From NCBI GenBank assembly GCA_038883715.1, contig JAVZLS010000005.1:14652-78651 (forward strand): a stretch of 64,000 nucleotides of DNA, given 5' to 3'. Below the pieces are notes generated by a model that saw nothing but the letters and a program-made list of their open reading frames with translations, searched no databases and was not told where the DNA came from. Both the position numbers and the translations under genes were made by a program. Shown here piece after piece: positions 49,160 through 58,684 of the stretch. Each line of letters begins with the position of its first letter. The stretch's first letter is position 1. Source of the stretch: Candidatus Bathyarchaeia archaeon. GTDB lineage: Archaea; Thermoproteota; Bathyarchaeia; Bathyarchaeales; Bathycorpusculaceae.

Positions 49160-50236
49160 ATGGAAAACTCGGTGATGGAAGCCGCCCACACCATAGTTAC
49201 TGATGTGGCATGTTTAAAGGAAGATTTCAATGTGCTTATCATCTGTGGTTTTCATAACAAAAATTTGGCTGAATATATAACGCTGGAATCCTATGCCGTA
49301 GGAGCATATCCATATCTATGGGTTTTTGATGAGAAAATTTTCTTAAAGCATGCAAAAACTCCATCGGAAAATGTGATTAGGGTTCTTCCTAAACATGTGT
49401 GTTCTCTTTTGCGGGATTCTGATGTGATTATATGGCTTAGCCAGTTTGGCGATTTAAGAAAAATTACAAAAAATGTTAAGAAGGCAATGTTTTCCTTCTG
49501 GGACAGCGTCGACGAAGCCATAGGGAGTAAGCCTCGCTTGTATGTGAATTTGCTTTCTGCTGCGTGTGTGGAAAACATGGGCATAAACTATGAAAATTAT
49601 CTTCAATCATTCGCCAACGCCGTTAACGTCAACTATGCAAAAATTCGAAAAACTGGACACCTTATCATCTCTAAGCTTCAGGGAAGGAGTATAGTTCACG
49701 TTTATGACGCTAAGGGCACAGATTTAACCTTCAGCATTAAAAATCGGCCCGTGGGAATAGAAGCTGGAACCTTGGAAGACTGTTTCTCGAGCGGAAAAGA
49801 ATGCGCAGTGGATGTTCCAGGAGGAGAAGTTTATGTGGCTCCCATAGAAACTTCAGCTAGTGGCGTGCTTATTGTGGACGAGTTTAGAGATTACAAAATC
49901 CAAAAACTCGAACTTCATTTCCAAGAAGGAAAAGTTAAGAAATTTAAAGCTGAAAAAGGAGACGACGTGTTTAGAAAACTTCTGGATAAAGCTGAAGGTG
50001 ACAAAGATAGAATAGCGGAACTTGGCATAGGAATAAATTATGGCGTTAAGCTTACGGGTTATAGATTATACGATGAAAAAGCCTTGGGAACAGCCCACAT
50101 AGCCATAGGAAACAACATTCAATTAGGCGGAGTAAACAAGGCGTCAATACACTGGGATTTCGTTCTATACAATCCAACCTTGGAAGTTGACGATGAGCCC
50201 ATAATGAAAAATGGAAAAATAGTAACAACTGAGTGA
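49160..50236 (+). CDS. thermophilic metallo-aminopeptidase (M29, AmpS/PepS-like)
   Basis: GTDLTF, VPGGEVYVAP, AELGIG, DEKALGTAHIAIG and SIHWD motifs. Confidence 0.85.
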   Translation: MENSVMEAAHTIVTDVACLKEDFNVLIICGFHNKNLAEYITLESYAVGAYPYLWVFDEKIFLKHAKTPSENVIRVLPKHVCSLLRDSDVIIWLSQFGDLRKITKNVKKAMFSFWDSVDEAIGSKPRLYVNLLSAACVENMGINYENYLQSFANAVNVNYAKIRKTGHLIISKLQGRSIVHVYDAKGTDLTFSIKNRPVGIEAGTLEDCFSSGKECAVDVPGGEVYVAPIETSASGVLIVDEFRDYKIQKLELHFQEGKVKKFKAEKGDDVFRKLLDKAEGDKDRIAELGIGINYGVKLTGYRLYDEKALGTAHIAIGNNIQLGGVNKASIHWDFVLYNPTLEVDDEPIMKNGKIVTTE

Positions 50237-50312
50237 ATGTTGCAAAATTCGCTTAGAATTCTAGAGAGGAAGAGGGATAGGGAAAATGGTGCCAGAAAAC
50301 TGTCCAAATTCT

Positions 50313-50358
50313 ATAGAGGGGCTATCAATTTTGCAGCCTGCAACCTTCTACAAAATTG
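50313..50358. repeat. intergenic palindromic element, copy 1
   Basis: ATAGAGGGGCTAT-CAATTTTGCAG-N11-CTACAAAATTG; homologous to 63144-63199. Confidence 0.7.
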
Positions 50359-50408
50359 GCATATTTAGCAAGTAATTTATAGCACTGCAAGCTATAGCTG
50401 GTTCTGGG

Positions 50409-51209
50409 TTGTTGGTGAAAATGGAGTTTTGCAGAGTAAAGGAGGTGGAACCGGAAGAAGTTGATTCTCTAATATATCTTTGCATTCCACAAGAAAGAAG
50501 GAATTTTCCCTCTTTTATTGAGGGAGTAAAAACTAAACGAAATTGGGCCAAGAAGTGCTTCGAAATGTTTGGTGGAATAGCAAAAATGGCATATCTAAAT
50601 GAGTCTCCAGTAGGCTTAATCCAGTACCAGCCCAAACCAAAAGAAAAGATTCTTGAAATAACCTGCATATTCGTCCCGGACAAGCAAAACCAGCAAAAGG
50701 GGGTTGGAAAAGCCCTCTTAAACGCTTTATTAAGGGATGCGGAGAAACCTAAACCGCACTTTGATAATGAGCCTCCTTTAGCTTTGGTCACGTGGGCTTT
50801 CGGTGTTCCAGGGTATTTTCCTCAAAACATGTTTTACCTAAAAATGGGGTTCAAAAAAGTCGTCGAAAGTGATCCCTTCCTACTTTATTATCCGTTGAAG
50901 GAGGGATACATCTACCATCCCAAGGCGGGAAAATTTACTCCACAAGCGGAGGACAGAGGCAAGGCAGTAATATTCTACGACCCATCATGTCCCTTCTGCA
51001 TGTACTTCGCCGAACAGATCAAGACGTCGATAAACGAAGTTGCGCCAAACCTACCAATGCGAATGATAAACATGTTTGAAGAACGGGAAGAAGTTGAAAA
51101 GCGGGGGCAGGTTCCATACTGCGCTGTTAACGGGAAACCCATAACCGCTTTCTTTATGGATAAAGAAAACTTCCAAAAAGAGGTTAAAATGGCGCTGGCA
51201 GAAGGCTGA
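50409..51209 (+). CDS. GNAT acetyltransferase with C-terminal thioredoxin-like (YoaP-like) domain
   Basis: CIFVP...QQKGVGKAL motif A; C-terminal SCPFC. Confidence 0.75.
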   Translation: MLVKMEFCRVKEVEPEEVDSLIYLCIPQERRNFPSFIEGVKTKRNWAKKCFEMFGGIAKMAYLNESPVGLIQYQPKPKEKILEITCIFVPDKQNQQKGVGKALLNALLRDAEKPKPHFDNEPPLALVTWAFGVPGYFPQNMFYLKMGFKKVVESDPFLLYYPLKEGYIYHPKAGKFTPQAEDRGKAVIFYDPSCPFCMYFAEQIKTSINEVAPNLPMRMINMFEEREEVEKRGQVPYCAVNGKPITAFFMDKENFQKEVKMALAEG

Positions 51210-51227
51210 AGCAACCACAACACACCT

Positions 51228-51710
51228 TCACGTCATCAAAGGCTTATAAAACCTCAAATAATCCGCGGTTGTTGGGAAAACCGCTTTAACTCTTTCAACA
51301 CGTTTTCTAGCATTAATGCTATGCTCCAGCATTGTGAAGACTCGCGGCGTGCTAAATTCTTCAACTTCCCCGTTCTCTCTTTTTCGAATAACCTTTATGC
51401 AGTTGTCTACTATGCAGTTTAGCACACATGCGCCACAATATATGCACAGTTCTTCTGTTATTCCGACTTCTCCGCTGCTCTTCCAGAACAAGGCGTTGGT
51501 GGGGCAAGCCTTAATGCAAAGTTTACATTCTACGCCTTTACACGTGCGCTTGTCTATTGATATGCTTCCACCAACAAAGAATTCCTTAACGCCTAAAGGT
51601 GCGAGAAGCTCTTCTCGCCGTTTTCGCCTTTCCTTCTCGCTGGTTTCAACAAGCAAACTAAATATGTCGGATACCGCGGACTCGCTGGACTTGGCGGTTT
51701 TCTTCTCCAT
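51228..51710 (-). CDS. 2x[4Fe-4S] ferredoxin-domain protein
   Basis: CKGVECKLCIKACP and CIYCGACVLNC motifs. Confidence 0.85.
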   Translation of the reverse strand: MEKKTAKSSESAVSDIFSLLVETSEKERRKRREELLAPLGVKEFFVGGSISIDKRTCKGVECKLCIKACPTNALFWKSSGEVGITEELCIYCGACVLNCIVDNCIKVIRKRENGEVEEFSTPRVFTMLEHSINARKRVERVKAVFPTTADYLRFYKPLMT

Positions 51711-51891
51711 CCAAATTCATCTTGTCAATTTTCTACAAGACGGTATTAGCCATCCAACATTATAACTATTTTATTCAATAACCGCCCAATACACACATTA
51801 ACCAACATGGTTTGGACTGAAATTTAGAAAATCAGCTATTTAACCCATCGGTATTGTTCGTCGCCTAACAGATAAGACTTAGAACGCCAGA

Positions 51892-52215
51892 CTATTCGCC
51901 GAAAAGCTTTCTAAGGTTAAAGGTGTTTTCGCCCTGCTGAACTTTTGCTGGTTCTGGCTCTGGAGCAGCCATAATGTTCGTGGAGACGCCAAGTCTATGC
52001 TCAAGCTCATTTATGCGGGACTCAAGCTTTTCAATACTTTCAGTCTTAATCCTAACCTTCTGCTCCAGCTCTTTTATGGCTAACTTTTCCTCCAGCAGCC
52101 GAGCCCTTTCCTCGAGGGTTTTCTCCTTCTCTTCCAGCGAATGTAACTGGAACTCTAATTCAGCCTTCTTCTTCTGAAGGTCTTCGATCTCATGCCACAA
52201 GGTCAAATTCCACAC
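51892..52215 (-). CDS. hypothetical coiled-coil protein
   Basis: E/K/L-rich heptad pattern; GGTGGTG RBS. Confidence 0.65.
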   Translation of the reverse strand: MWNLTLWHEIEDLQKKKAELEFQLHSLEEKEKTLEERARLLEEKLAIKELEQKVRIKTESIEKLESRINELEHRLGVSTNIMAAPEPEPAKVQQGENTFNLRKLFGE

Positions 52216-52344
52216 ACCACCCTTAGCCTATACATGGCAGCCATAATTAGGGTTATGAACCCAAAATCCATATCAAAAATCAACAAATCCCACCACAAAA
52301 AATATAGCAAAACATTAGCCCTTTAAACGGTAAAGGCGAAAACA

Positions 52345-52521
52345 ATGTGTGAATTTAAAGTAATCCTAAACGGAAAAGAAGTTTGGAACGACGTTGTCTA
52401 CGCAAAGGCTGAAGGTGGAAAAATAATATTAAAGGATGTTTCCGGACAAACAAGGGAGTTTAAAAACTGCAAAATAGTTGAAGTGGACGTAAACGCTACA
52501 CGCCTAGTGCTAGCCCAATAA
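52345..52521 (+). CDS. cooT: CooT-family nickel-binding protein (missing from the ORF track, 58 aa)
   Basis: Translated by hand: MCEFKVILNGKEVWNDVVYAKAEGGKIILKDVSGQTREFKNCKIVEVDVNATRLVLAQ. N-terminal Met-Cys and the xxDV...LxDxxG pattern are typical of CooT. Confidence 0.8.
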   Translation: MCEFKVILNGKEVWNDVVYAKAEGGKIILKDVSGQTREFKNCKIVEVDVNATRLVLAQ

Positions 52522-53362
52522 ACTCGAGCCCCATCCACTGAGAAAATAGAACGACAAGAAAGCCCAAAACTAGACCAAAAGCTATCGGAAAAGGCAATCC
52601 TGGAAAAACCCCGCCTCTCTCAAGCATTTTAAAGGCCAAAAAGCAGCCTAACAAAATGCCAGCCACAGACGCCAGACAAGGCATTAAGCCAAAATAGATG
52701 AGCATGTGCCCAGCCAGCATGGAATAGAAGGTTAGGTCGCCAAGCCCCATGTGGATGTCCCTAAAAGAGAAGCTTAAACCCCTAAACTTTTCCAGCCCTT
52801 CACGGGCAATCTTGCCCACTGGTCCGCGATAAACGGCAAAGGCGTCATAAACAGCCAGAAAACACAAGATGAGGACGGCACTTAAAGTTGGAACACAAGC
52901 CCCCAGAAAAGCTCCAAGGGCGCCGCCCAACAAAAGCACAATAAAATCGCCAACCTTGCTATGAGTCTTAAAAATTGTGTAACAAACAAGCGCCGTTAAA
53001 AGGGCGGATATGGGAACCAGAATTTCAATAAACGAAAAACCGAGGAGCCCGAGGGCGGCGGAAAAGTAAATAAATGATAGGAGGAAGGCGGCTGTGGCTA
53101 AAGAGAAACCAACAACAATGACAATAAGTCTATCCCTTTTCCTTTTTAATAGGAAAAACAAAACTGTAGCACCAACACCAACTAAAATAACAAAGTATAG
53201 GGCGTTTCCAATAGAGCCAGCCGGGTCTTCCGAAAACGGAGTAACGCTGTAAAGCTCAATGGGAGAAGCAAACAAGAGATAGGCGCACAAGACTCCAACA
53301 AGCAAGCTTGCCAACACGGGAGCCAGATGAATTAATCCAGCCTTGAAGCCGCCTTCGCCCAA
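52496..53362 (-). CDS. presenilin-family intramembrane aspartyl protease (A22)
   Basis: AVYD, GLGD and PGLP (PAL-like) motifs; about nine TM segments. Confidence 0.88.
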   Translation of the reverse strand: MGEGGFKAGLIHLAPVLASLLVGVLCAYLLFASPIELYSVTPFSEDPAGSIGNALYFVILVGVGATVLFFLLKRKRDRLIVIVVGFSLATAAFLLSFIYFSAALGLLGFSFIEILVPISALLTALVCYTIFKTHSKVGDFIVLLLGGALGAFLGACVPTLSAVLILCFLAVYDAFAVYRGPVGKIAREGLEKFRGLSFSFRDIHMGLGDLTFYSMLAGHMLIYFGLMPCLASVAGILLGCFLAFKMLERGGVFPGLPFPIAFGLVLGFLVVLFSQWMGLEFIGLALGV

Positions 53363-53551
53363 TTTTCCACCAGGCTAAACGGTTTTCAAGCCTTAAAATG
53401 CATTTGTGGTAGAATAAACTTTTCCTACAATCGGCTTCGAAGATGGAACAATGTTTTGAATATTAATTTCAGCTAAATACGCCAAATCTATCCCAGCAAT
53501 CTATAAATGCTTTATATCTTCGGCTGTAAGATATCACTGGCAGTGAAATCT

Positions 53552-54469
53552 ATGCTCGTCACTAACAAGGAGCTGCTTCTTAAAGCCCAAAAAGAGGCTT
53601 ACGCAATTGGAGCTTTCAACATCCAAAACCTTGAAAGCTTGCTGGCTGTTGTGGAAGCCGCAACTGAAGAAAAGTCGCCAGTAATAGTGGCCGCAACTCC
53701 AAGCGCCATAAAATATGGTGGACTAAACTATTTGGCAAGGCTTGTTAAAACAGCAGCTGAAATCACACCAGTGCCCATGTCTTTGCACCTTGACCATGGG
53801 GAGGACGTGGAAACTGTCAAAAAATGCTTGGAGGCGGGCTTCACATCTGTGATGATTGATGGTTCCCATCTGCCCTTTGAGGAGAACGTTGCCCTAACAA
53901 AGCGTGTCGTAGAATTAGCCCATCAAAAAGGCGTTTCAGTTGAAGGCGAACTTGGAAGACTTACGGGCGTCGAAGAAAAGACGGTTGAGGAGAGGGAAGC
54001 CGTCCTAACAGACCCAAGGGAAGCCGAAGAGTTTGTGAAACGGACGGGCGTGGATGCTTTGGCTGTTTCCATAGGCACTTCTCATGGCGCCTACAAGTTT
54101 AAGGGCGAACCCCAATTGGACTTTGAAAGATTAAAGCAAATACGCGAAAGGGTTAAAGTGCCGCTAGTGCTGCACGGCGCATCCAGCGTACCCCAATGGA
54201 TAATTGAAAAGGCAACAAAATACGGCGCAGAACTGTCCGGGGCAAAGGGCATACCAGAAGAACATATCAGAAAGGCGATTTCACTTGGAATAACAAAGAT
54301 AAACATAGACACAGACTTAAGACTGGCTTTTACAGCAACGGTTCGCGAGGTCTTGGCAAACTCGCCGAAAGAGTTTGACCCCAGAAAAATCCTGGGACCG
54401 GCGAAGGAAGCCATGAAAGAGGTTGTTAAGGCGAAGATGCGCCTTTTTGGAAGTTCCGGAAAAGCATAA
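53552..54469 (+). CDS. fba: fructose-1,6-bisphosphate aldolase class II
   Basis: HLDHG, SVMIDGS, GTSHGAYK, LVLHGAS, KINIDTD and FDPRK motifs. Confidence 0.94.
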   Translation: MLVTNKELLLKAQKEAYAIGAFNIQNLESLLAVVEAATEEKSPVIVAATPSAIKYGGLNYLARLVKTAAEITPVPMSLHLDHGEDVETVKKCLEAGFTSVMIDGSHLPFEENVALTKRVVELAHQKGVSVEGELGRLTGVEEKTVEEREAVLTDPREAEEFVKRTGVDALAVSIGTSHGAYKFKGEPQLDFERLKQIRERVKVPLVLHGASSVPQWIIEKATKYGAELSGAKGIPEEHIRKAISLGITKINIDTDLRLAFTATVREVLANSPKEFDPRKILGPAKEAMKEVVKAKMRLFGSSGKA

Positions 54470-54492
54470 AACGATTTGGAGGAAGGGGCAAA

Positions 54493-55521
54493 ATGCGAGT
54501 AGGCGTATTAAGTGGTGGGGGAGACGCTCCGGGAATAAACGCCGTTATAAGGGCTGTTGTTAGGCGGGGAATACAGACATACGGAGACGAGATAATGGGC
54601 ATAAAGGAAGGCTGGCGTGGGCTACTGGAAGGCAAATTGGTTCCATTGGACTTTGAGGCTGTTGCGGGCATACTTCCAAGAGGCGGCTCAATCCTCGGCA
54701 CTTCTAGGACTAACCCCTTCAAACGTGAGGGCGGACCGGAACAGATAATGGAAAACGCTAGAAAAGCCGGTTTAGACGCTGTCATAGCCATAGGCGGGGA
54801 CGACACCTTAAGCGTAGCCCACAAGATGGCTGATTATGGGCTTAAATGCGTCGGCGTTCCAAAAACAATAGATAACGACTTGGTGGAAACCGACTACACT
54901 TTCGGCTTTCACACAGCCGTAGCCATAGCAACAGAAGCCCTAGACAAGCTCCACAGCACTGCAGAAGCCCACAACCGCGTCATAATCCTCGAAGTCATGG
55001 GACGCTACACGGGACACATAGCCCTAGCAGCCGGACTAGCCGGAGGAGCAGACGCCATCCTAATACCGGAAAAGCCCTTCGACATAGCCGAAGTCTGCGA
55101 ATACATTAGGCGAAGACAAAAGCGTGGAAGAAACTTCAGCCTCATAGTGGTGGCTGAAGGCGCCAAACCAAAGGGCGGCAAAGAAATAGTCTACAGCGAA
55201 CGCATAGACGAGTTTGGCCACATAAGCCTAGGCGGCATAGGCTACTATTTGGCTAAGGGGATTGAACAGCGCACGGGCATAGAAACCCGCGTAGTCGTTT
55301 TAGGACATTTGCAGCGGGGTGGTTCGCCAACAGCCTTTGACCGCATACTAGCCACAAGATTTGGCGTGGCCGCAGTAGACCTGGCCCACGAAGGAAAGTT
55401 TGACTACATGGTGGCGCTTAAAGGAAACCAAATAGTGCCGGTGCCGCTTAAAGACGTTGTTGGCAAAAGGAAAACAGTTGACATTGAACTTTATGAACTT
55501 GCCAGCGTCTTCTTCGGTTGA
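54493..55521 (+). CDS. pfp: PFK-A family 6-phosphofructokinase with PPi-type signature
   Basis: GGDAPG, GGDDT, PKTIDND, EVMGR and GHLQRGG motifs. Confidence 0.8.
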   Translation: MRVGVLSGGGDAPGINAVIRAVVRRGIQTYGDEIMGIKEGWRGLLEGKLVPLDFEAVAGILPRGGSILGTSRTNPFKREGGPEQIMENARKAGLDAVIAIGGDDTLSVAHKMADYGLKCVGVPKTIDNDLVETDYTFGFHTAVAIATEALDKLHSTAEAHNRVIILEVMGRYTGHIALAAGLAGGADAILIPEKPFDIAEVCEYIRRRQKRGRNFSLIVVAEGAKPKGGKEIVYSERIDEFGHISLGGIGYYLAKGIEQRTGIETRVVVLGHLQRGGSPTAFDRILATRFGVAAVDLAHEGKFDYMVALKGNQIVPVPLKDVVGKRKTVDIELYELASVFFG

Positions 55522-55587
55522 ACATTTTCCATCGCCAATGACAAACAACACGAAAAATAATTGCAGTTATGGACTGTCCTGAAGTTC

Positions 55588-58581
55588 TTACAAATGTAGG
55601 AGTTCTTGGTATTCCGGGTTCACTTTTCCATGTTTTTCTTTGATAATTTTGCTGATTTTATGCCATTCTTGTGCTATTTTTGGCCATAGTTCGCTGGTTA
55701 TCAACTGTTTTGTAACGTATTCTTTTAGTGGTTTTTCCCGTTTGATTGTCTTTTGGCGCCACTCAAAGTTTATGAGGCTTGCGCGTTTCAAATGTTGAAT
55801 TGTGTGGCCTACTTGGTGATAGTCGAGTGGGTATTCCATGCTTCTTTCTAAGTCTTCTAGGAGGGAGTCAACTGTTATTTCGTCCTCTGAACGTAGACAG
55901 ATGACGGCTATAACATTTTGAATGAGCTTTGCAGTTTTGGTGAGGTATATCCCCATCTTCTTGGGCGGAATTAGGATTTGTTCTAGGCGGTAGCCATACC
56001 TCTTGTAAAACCAGCTTTTGACGACCTCGACTAGGGCTATATAGGCGCCGAGAATTGCGGCTAATGCTATATAAAAGGTTGCTGGAGGCTTTACGAATCT
56101 GAAAGTTTCTCCTAATGGAGTGTAAGGAATTATCAGCGCAAATGTTATTATTGATATGCTGCTGAGAAGCAAAAGTCGACTCGGCTTACTTTTCCAGAAG
56201 GGCGACTTCTTTGTTCTAATGGCAAAAATTACAAGGGTCTGTGAGGTTAGGGATTCGATGAACCAGGCGGTTTGAAACAGCGACTCATAAGCGTTAAAGA
56301 TGAAAAGCATTATAAAGAATGTTAGGAAGTCAAATATGGAGCTGACAGGCCCAAGGCACACCATAAACCGTCTAATGAAGTGAATGTCCCACCTTTTAGG
56401 CTTCTCAATGTATTCTTGATCAACCTCGTCTGTAGGTATTGTTGATTGGGAAAAGTCGTAAAGAAGATTGTTAAGTAGTATTTGTATGGGCAACATCGGC
56501 AGAAAAGGCAGAAACAATGATGCTCCAGCTACGCTGAACATGTTTCCAAAGTTTGAGCTCACACCCATCATAACATATTTCATGGTGTTGCCGAAAGTTT
56601 TCCTACCCTCCAAAACCCCGTCATGGAGCACCCGTAAATCGTTCTGCAAAAGAATTATGTCGGCAGACTCTTTTGCAACGTCAACGGCGTTTTCGACGGA
56701 TATGCCAACGTCTGCCGTTTTCAGCGAAGGTGCATCGTTTATTCCATCACCTAAGAATCCAACGACGTGCCCATTGTTTTTTAAAGCGTTTATTATTCTG
56801 TCTTTCTGGGCTGGTGTAACCCTACAGAAAACGTTGGCCTCCTCGACGACTCTTGCGAGGGCGTCGTCGTGCATTTGGGCAATTTCGCTTCCTGCGACAA
56901 CTCCTTTTATGTCGAAGCCTAAGTGTTCACAAACTTTTCTTGTTACCAGTTCATTGTCGCCTGTGAGAATTTTCAGCTCTATGCTGGCGTTTTTAAGAAG
57001 CTGTAGGGCTTCTTTCGCTGTTTCTTTTGGCGGGTCGAGGAAAGCTATGAAGCCTAAAAACACCATTTCCGTTTCGTCGCCTGCCGTGTAAATGGGTTTG
57101 TCCTCCCTTAAACGCTTGTAGGATACGGCTAAAACCCTGTAGCCCTCAGCGCTAAGCTCAACATATTTTTGCTCGATATTTCTGCGCATTTCATCAGTTA
57201 TGTCAGCTATAACCTCCCCAACTTCGTAATAAGAGCAGACCTTAGCAACCTCCTCAGGAGCACCCTTAGTGATCATAAACCGTTGATTTTGATACTCGAC
57301 AACAACGGAGAGACGTTTACGGACAAAATCAAAAGGGACCTCATCAACTTTCCTATAACCCTTAACATCCACGTCCCTAAATCTTAGTATGGCCTCATCT
57401 AAGGGGCTTTTAATTCCAGTCTGGTAATAGCTGTTTAGGTAGGAGTAAAGCAGAACCTTATCGCTTTCGTTGCCGTAAAGGTCCACGTGCAGAACAAGCT
57501 TTATCAGGTTTTCCGTCAAAGTCCCAGTTTTGTCCGTGCATAGAACGTCCATGCTTCCAAAATTTTGTATGGCTGCCAGGCGTTTCACGATGACCCCCTT
57601 CTTAGCCATCAACACCGCCCCCTTAGAGAGGTTCACCGAGATGATCATTGGCAGAAGCTCCGGCGTCAAGCCCACAGCCAAAGCCACAGCAAAAAGAAGC
57701 GAATCAAGCACGCTCCGCATGTAAAGTGCGTTAATGAAAAACACAAAAAGGACCAGTAGAAAAGTCACTTGCATTATCATGTAACCAAAACTTCGGATAC
57801 CCCTCTGAAATTCTGTTTCAGGCTCCTTTTCCACAAGTCTCTTGGCGATTTTTCCATACTCTGTATGGCTGCCGGTTTTAACGACAACGGCGGTTACCGT
57901 CCCGCTTACAACAGAAGTGCCCATAAAAAGATAGTTGCTCCACTCCGTTATCGAAGGGTCGAAAGTTTTCAGCGGTAAGCCTGTTTTCTCAACGGGGAAA
58001 GATTCACCAGTCAATGCAGACTGGTTCACGAACAAGTCTTTTGCATTTATAACTCGGGCGTCTGCAGGCACAATGTCTCCTGCTGAAAGAAATATGATGT
58101 CTCCAGGAACTATCTCCGCAAGCCTAACCTCTTTTTTAACTCCGTCTCTCAAAACCGTGGCTGTTGTCGCCACCCTCTGCTTCAGCATTTCAGCGGCTCT
58201 TTCAGCCTTAGATTCTTGATAAAAGTCTAAGACCACGCTGAACGTAACAATAACAAATATAATAGTTGCATTTATAACCTCTCCAAAAAAGCCGGAAACC
58301 AGCCCAGCGATAAGAAGAATTATTATCAACGGACTTTTGAAATGGGAAAGAAAATCAATGACAATTGCTCTCCTCTTTCTCCTAACAAGCTCATTATAGC
58401 CAAAAACTTCAAGACGCCTTTCCACCTCTTCAGAGGAAAGTCCATTCAACGAAGTCTTTAAGCGTGAAAGAAGCTCCTCGACCGGCAAAGTTAAAAATTC
58501 TTCAGTGCTCGGCAGAGCCCAGCCTAAACTTTCGTCAACACTCGACTTCTCCAAATCTTGAATCGTCATCATCTCCGCCAT
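55588..58581 (-). CDS. mgtA: Mg2+-translocating P-type ATPase (P3B) with C-terminal extension
   Basis: TGES, GLTPELLP, DKTGT, KGAPE, GDGIND, SSNFGNMFS and NNLLYD motifs. Confidence 0.93.
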   Translation of the reverse strand: MAEMMTIQDLEKSSVDESLGWALPSTEEFLTLPVEELLSRLKTSLNGLSSEEVERRLEVFGYNELVRRKRRAIVIDFLSHFKSPLIIILLIAGLVSGFFGEVINATIIFVIVTFSVVLDFYQESKAERAAEMLKQRVATTATVLRDGVKKEVRLAEIVPGDIIFLSAGDIVPADARVINAKDLFVNQSALTGESFPVEKTGLPLKTFDPSITEWSNYLFMGTSVVSGTVTAVVVKTGSHTEYGKIAKRLVEKEPETEFQRGIRSFGYMIMQVTFLLVLFVFFINALYMRSVLDSLLFAVALAVGLTPELLPMIISVNLSKGAVLMAKKGVIVKRLAAIQNFGSMDVLCTDKTGTLTENLIKLVLHVDLYGNESDKVLLYSYLNSYYQTGIKSPLDEAILRFRDVDVKGYRKVDEVPFDFVRKRLSVVVEYQNQRFMITKGAPEEVAKVCSYYEVGEVIADITDEMRRNIEQKYVELSAEGYRVLAVSYKRLREDKPIYTAGDETEMVFLGFIAFLDPPKETAKEALQLLKNASIELKILTGDNELVTRKVCEHLGFDIKGVVAGSEIAQMHDDALARVVEEANVFCRVTPAQKDRIINALKNNGHVVGFLGDGINDAPSLKTADVGISVENAVDVAKESADIILLQNDLRVLHDGVLEGRKTFGNTMKYVMMGVSSNFGNMFSVAGASLFLPFLPMLPIQILLNNLLYDFSQSTIPTDEVDQEYIEKPKRWDIHFIRRFMVCLGPVSSIFDFLTFFIMLFIFNAYESLFQTAWFIESLTSQTLVIFAIRTKKSPFWKSKPSRLLLLSSISIITFALIIPYTPLGETFRFVKPPATFYIALAAILGAYIALVEVVKSWFYKRYGYRLEQILIPPKKMGIYLTKTAKLIQNVIAVICLRSEDEITVDSLLEDLERSMEYPLDYHQVGHTIQHLKRASLINFEWRQKTIKREKPLKEYVTKQLITSELWPKIAQEWHKISKIIKEKHGKVNPEYQELLHL

Positions 58582-58684
58582 CCATTTCTCGCCGAAGAAC
58601 CTCCGAAAGCTGGCTCTTCTATCTTTCTACGATTTTCATAAAGCTAAAAAGGACATCAATTTCTTAAATGTTGAGTTTTAAGTG

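Noticed and set aside
236-53362. Three membrane protease classes (S2P, A24, A22) in one window as a single system
   Set aside because: They are tens of kb apart in unrelated contexts; co-occurrence is probably coincidental.
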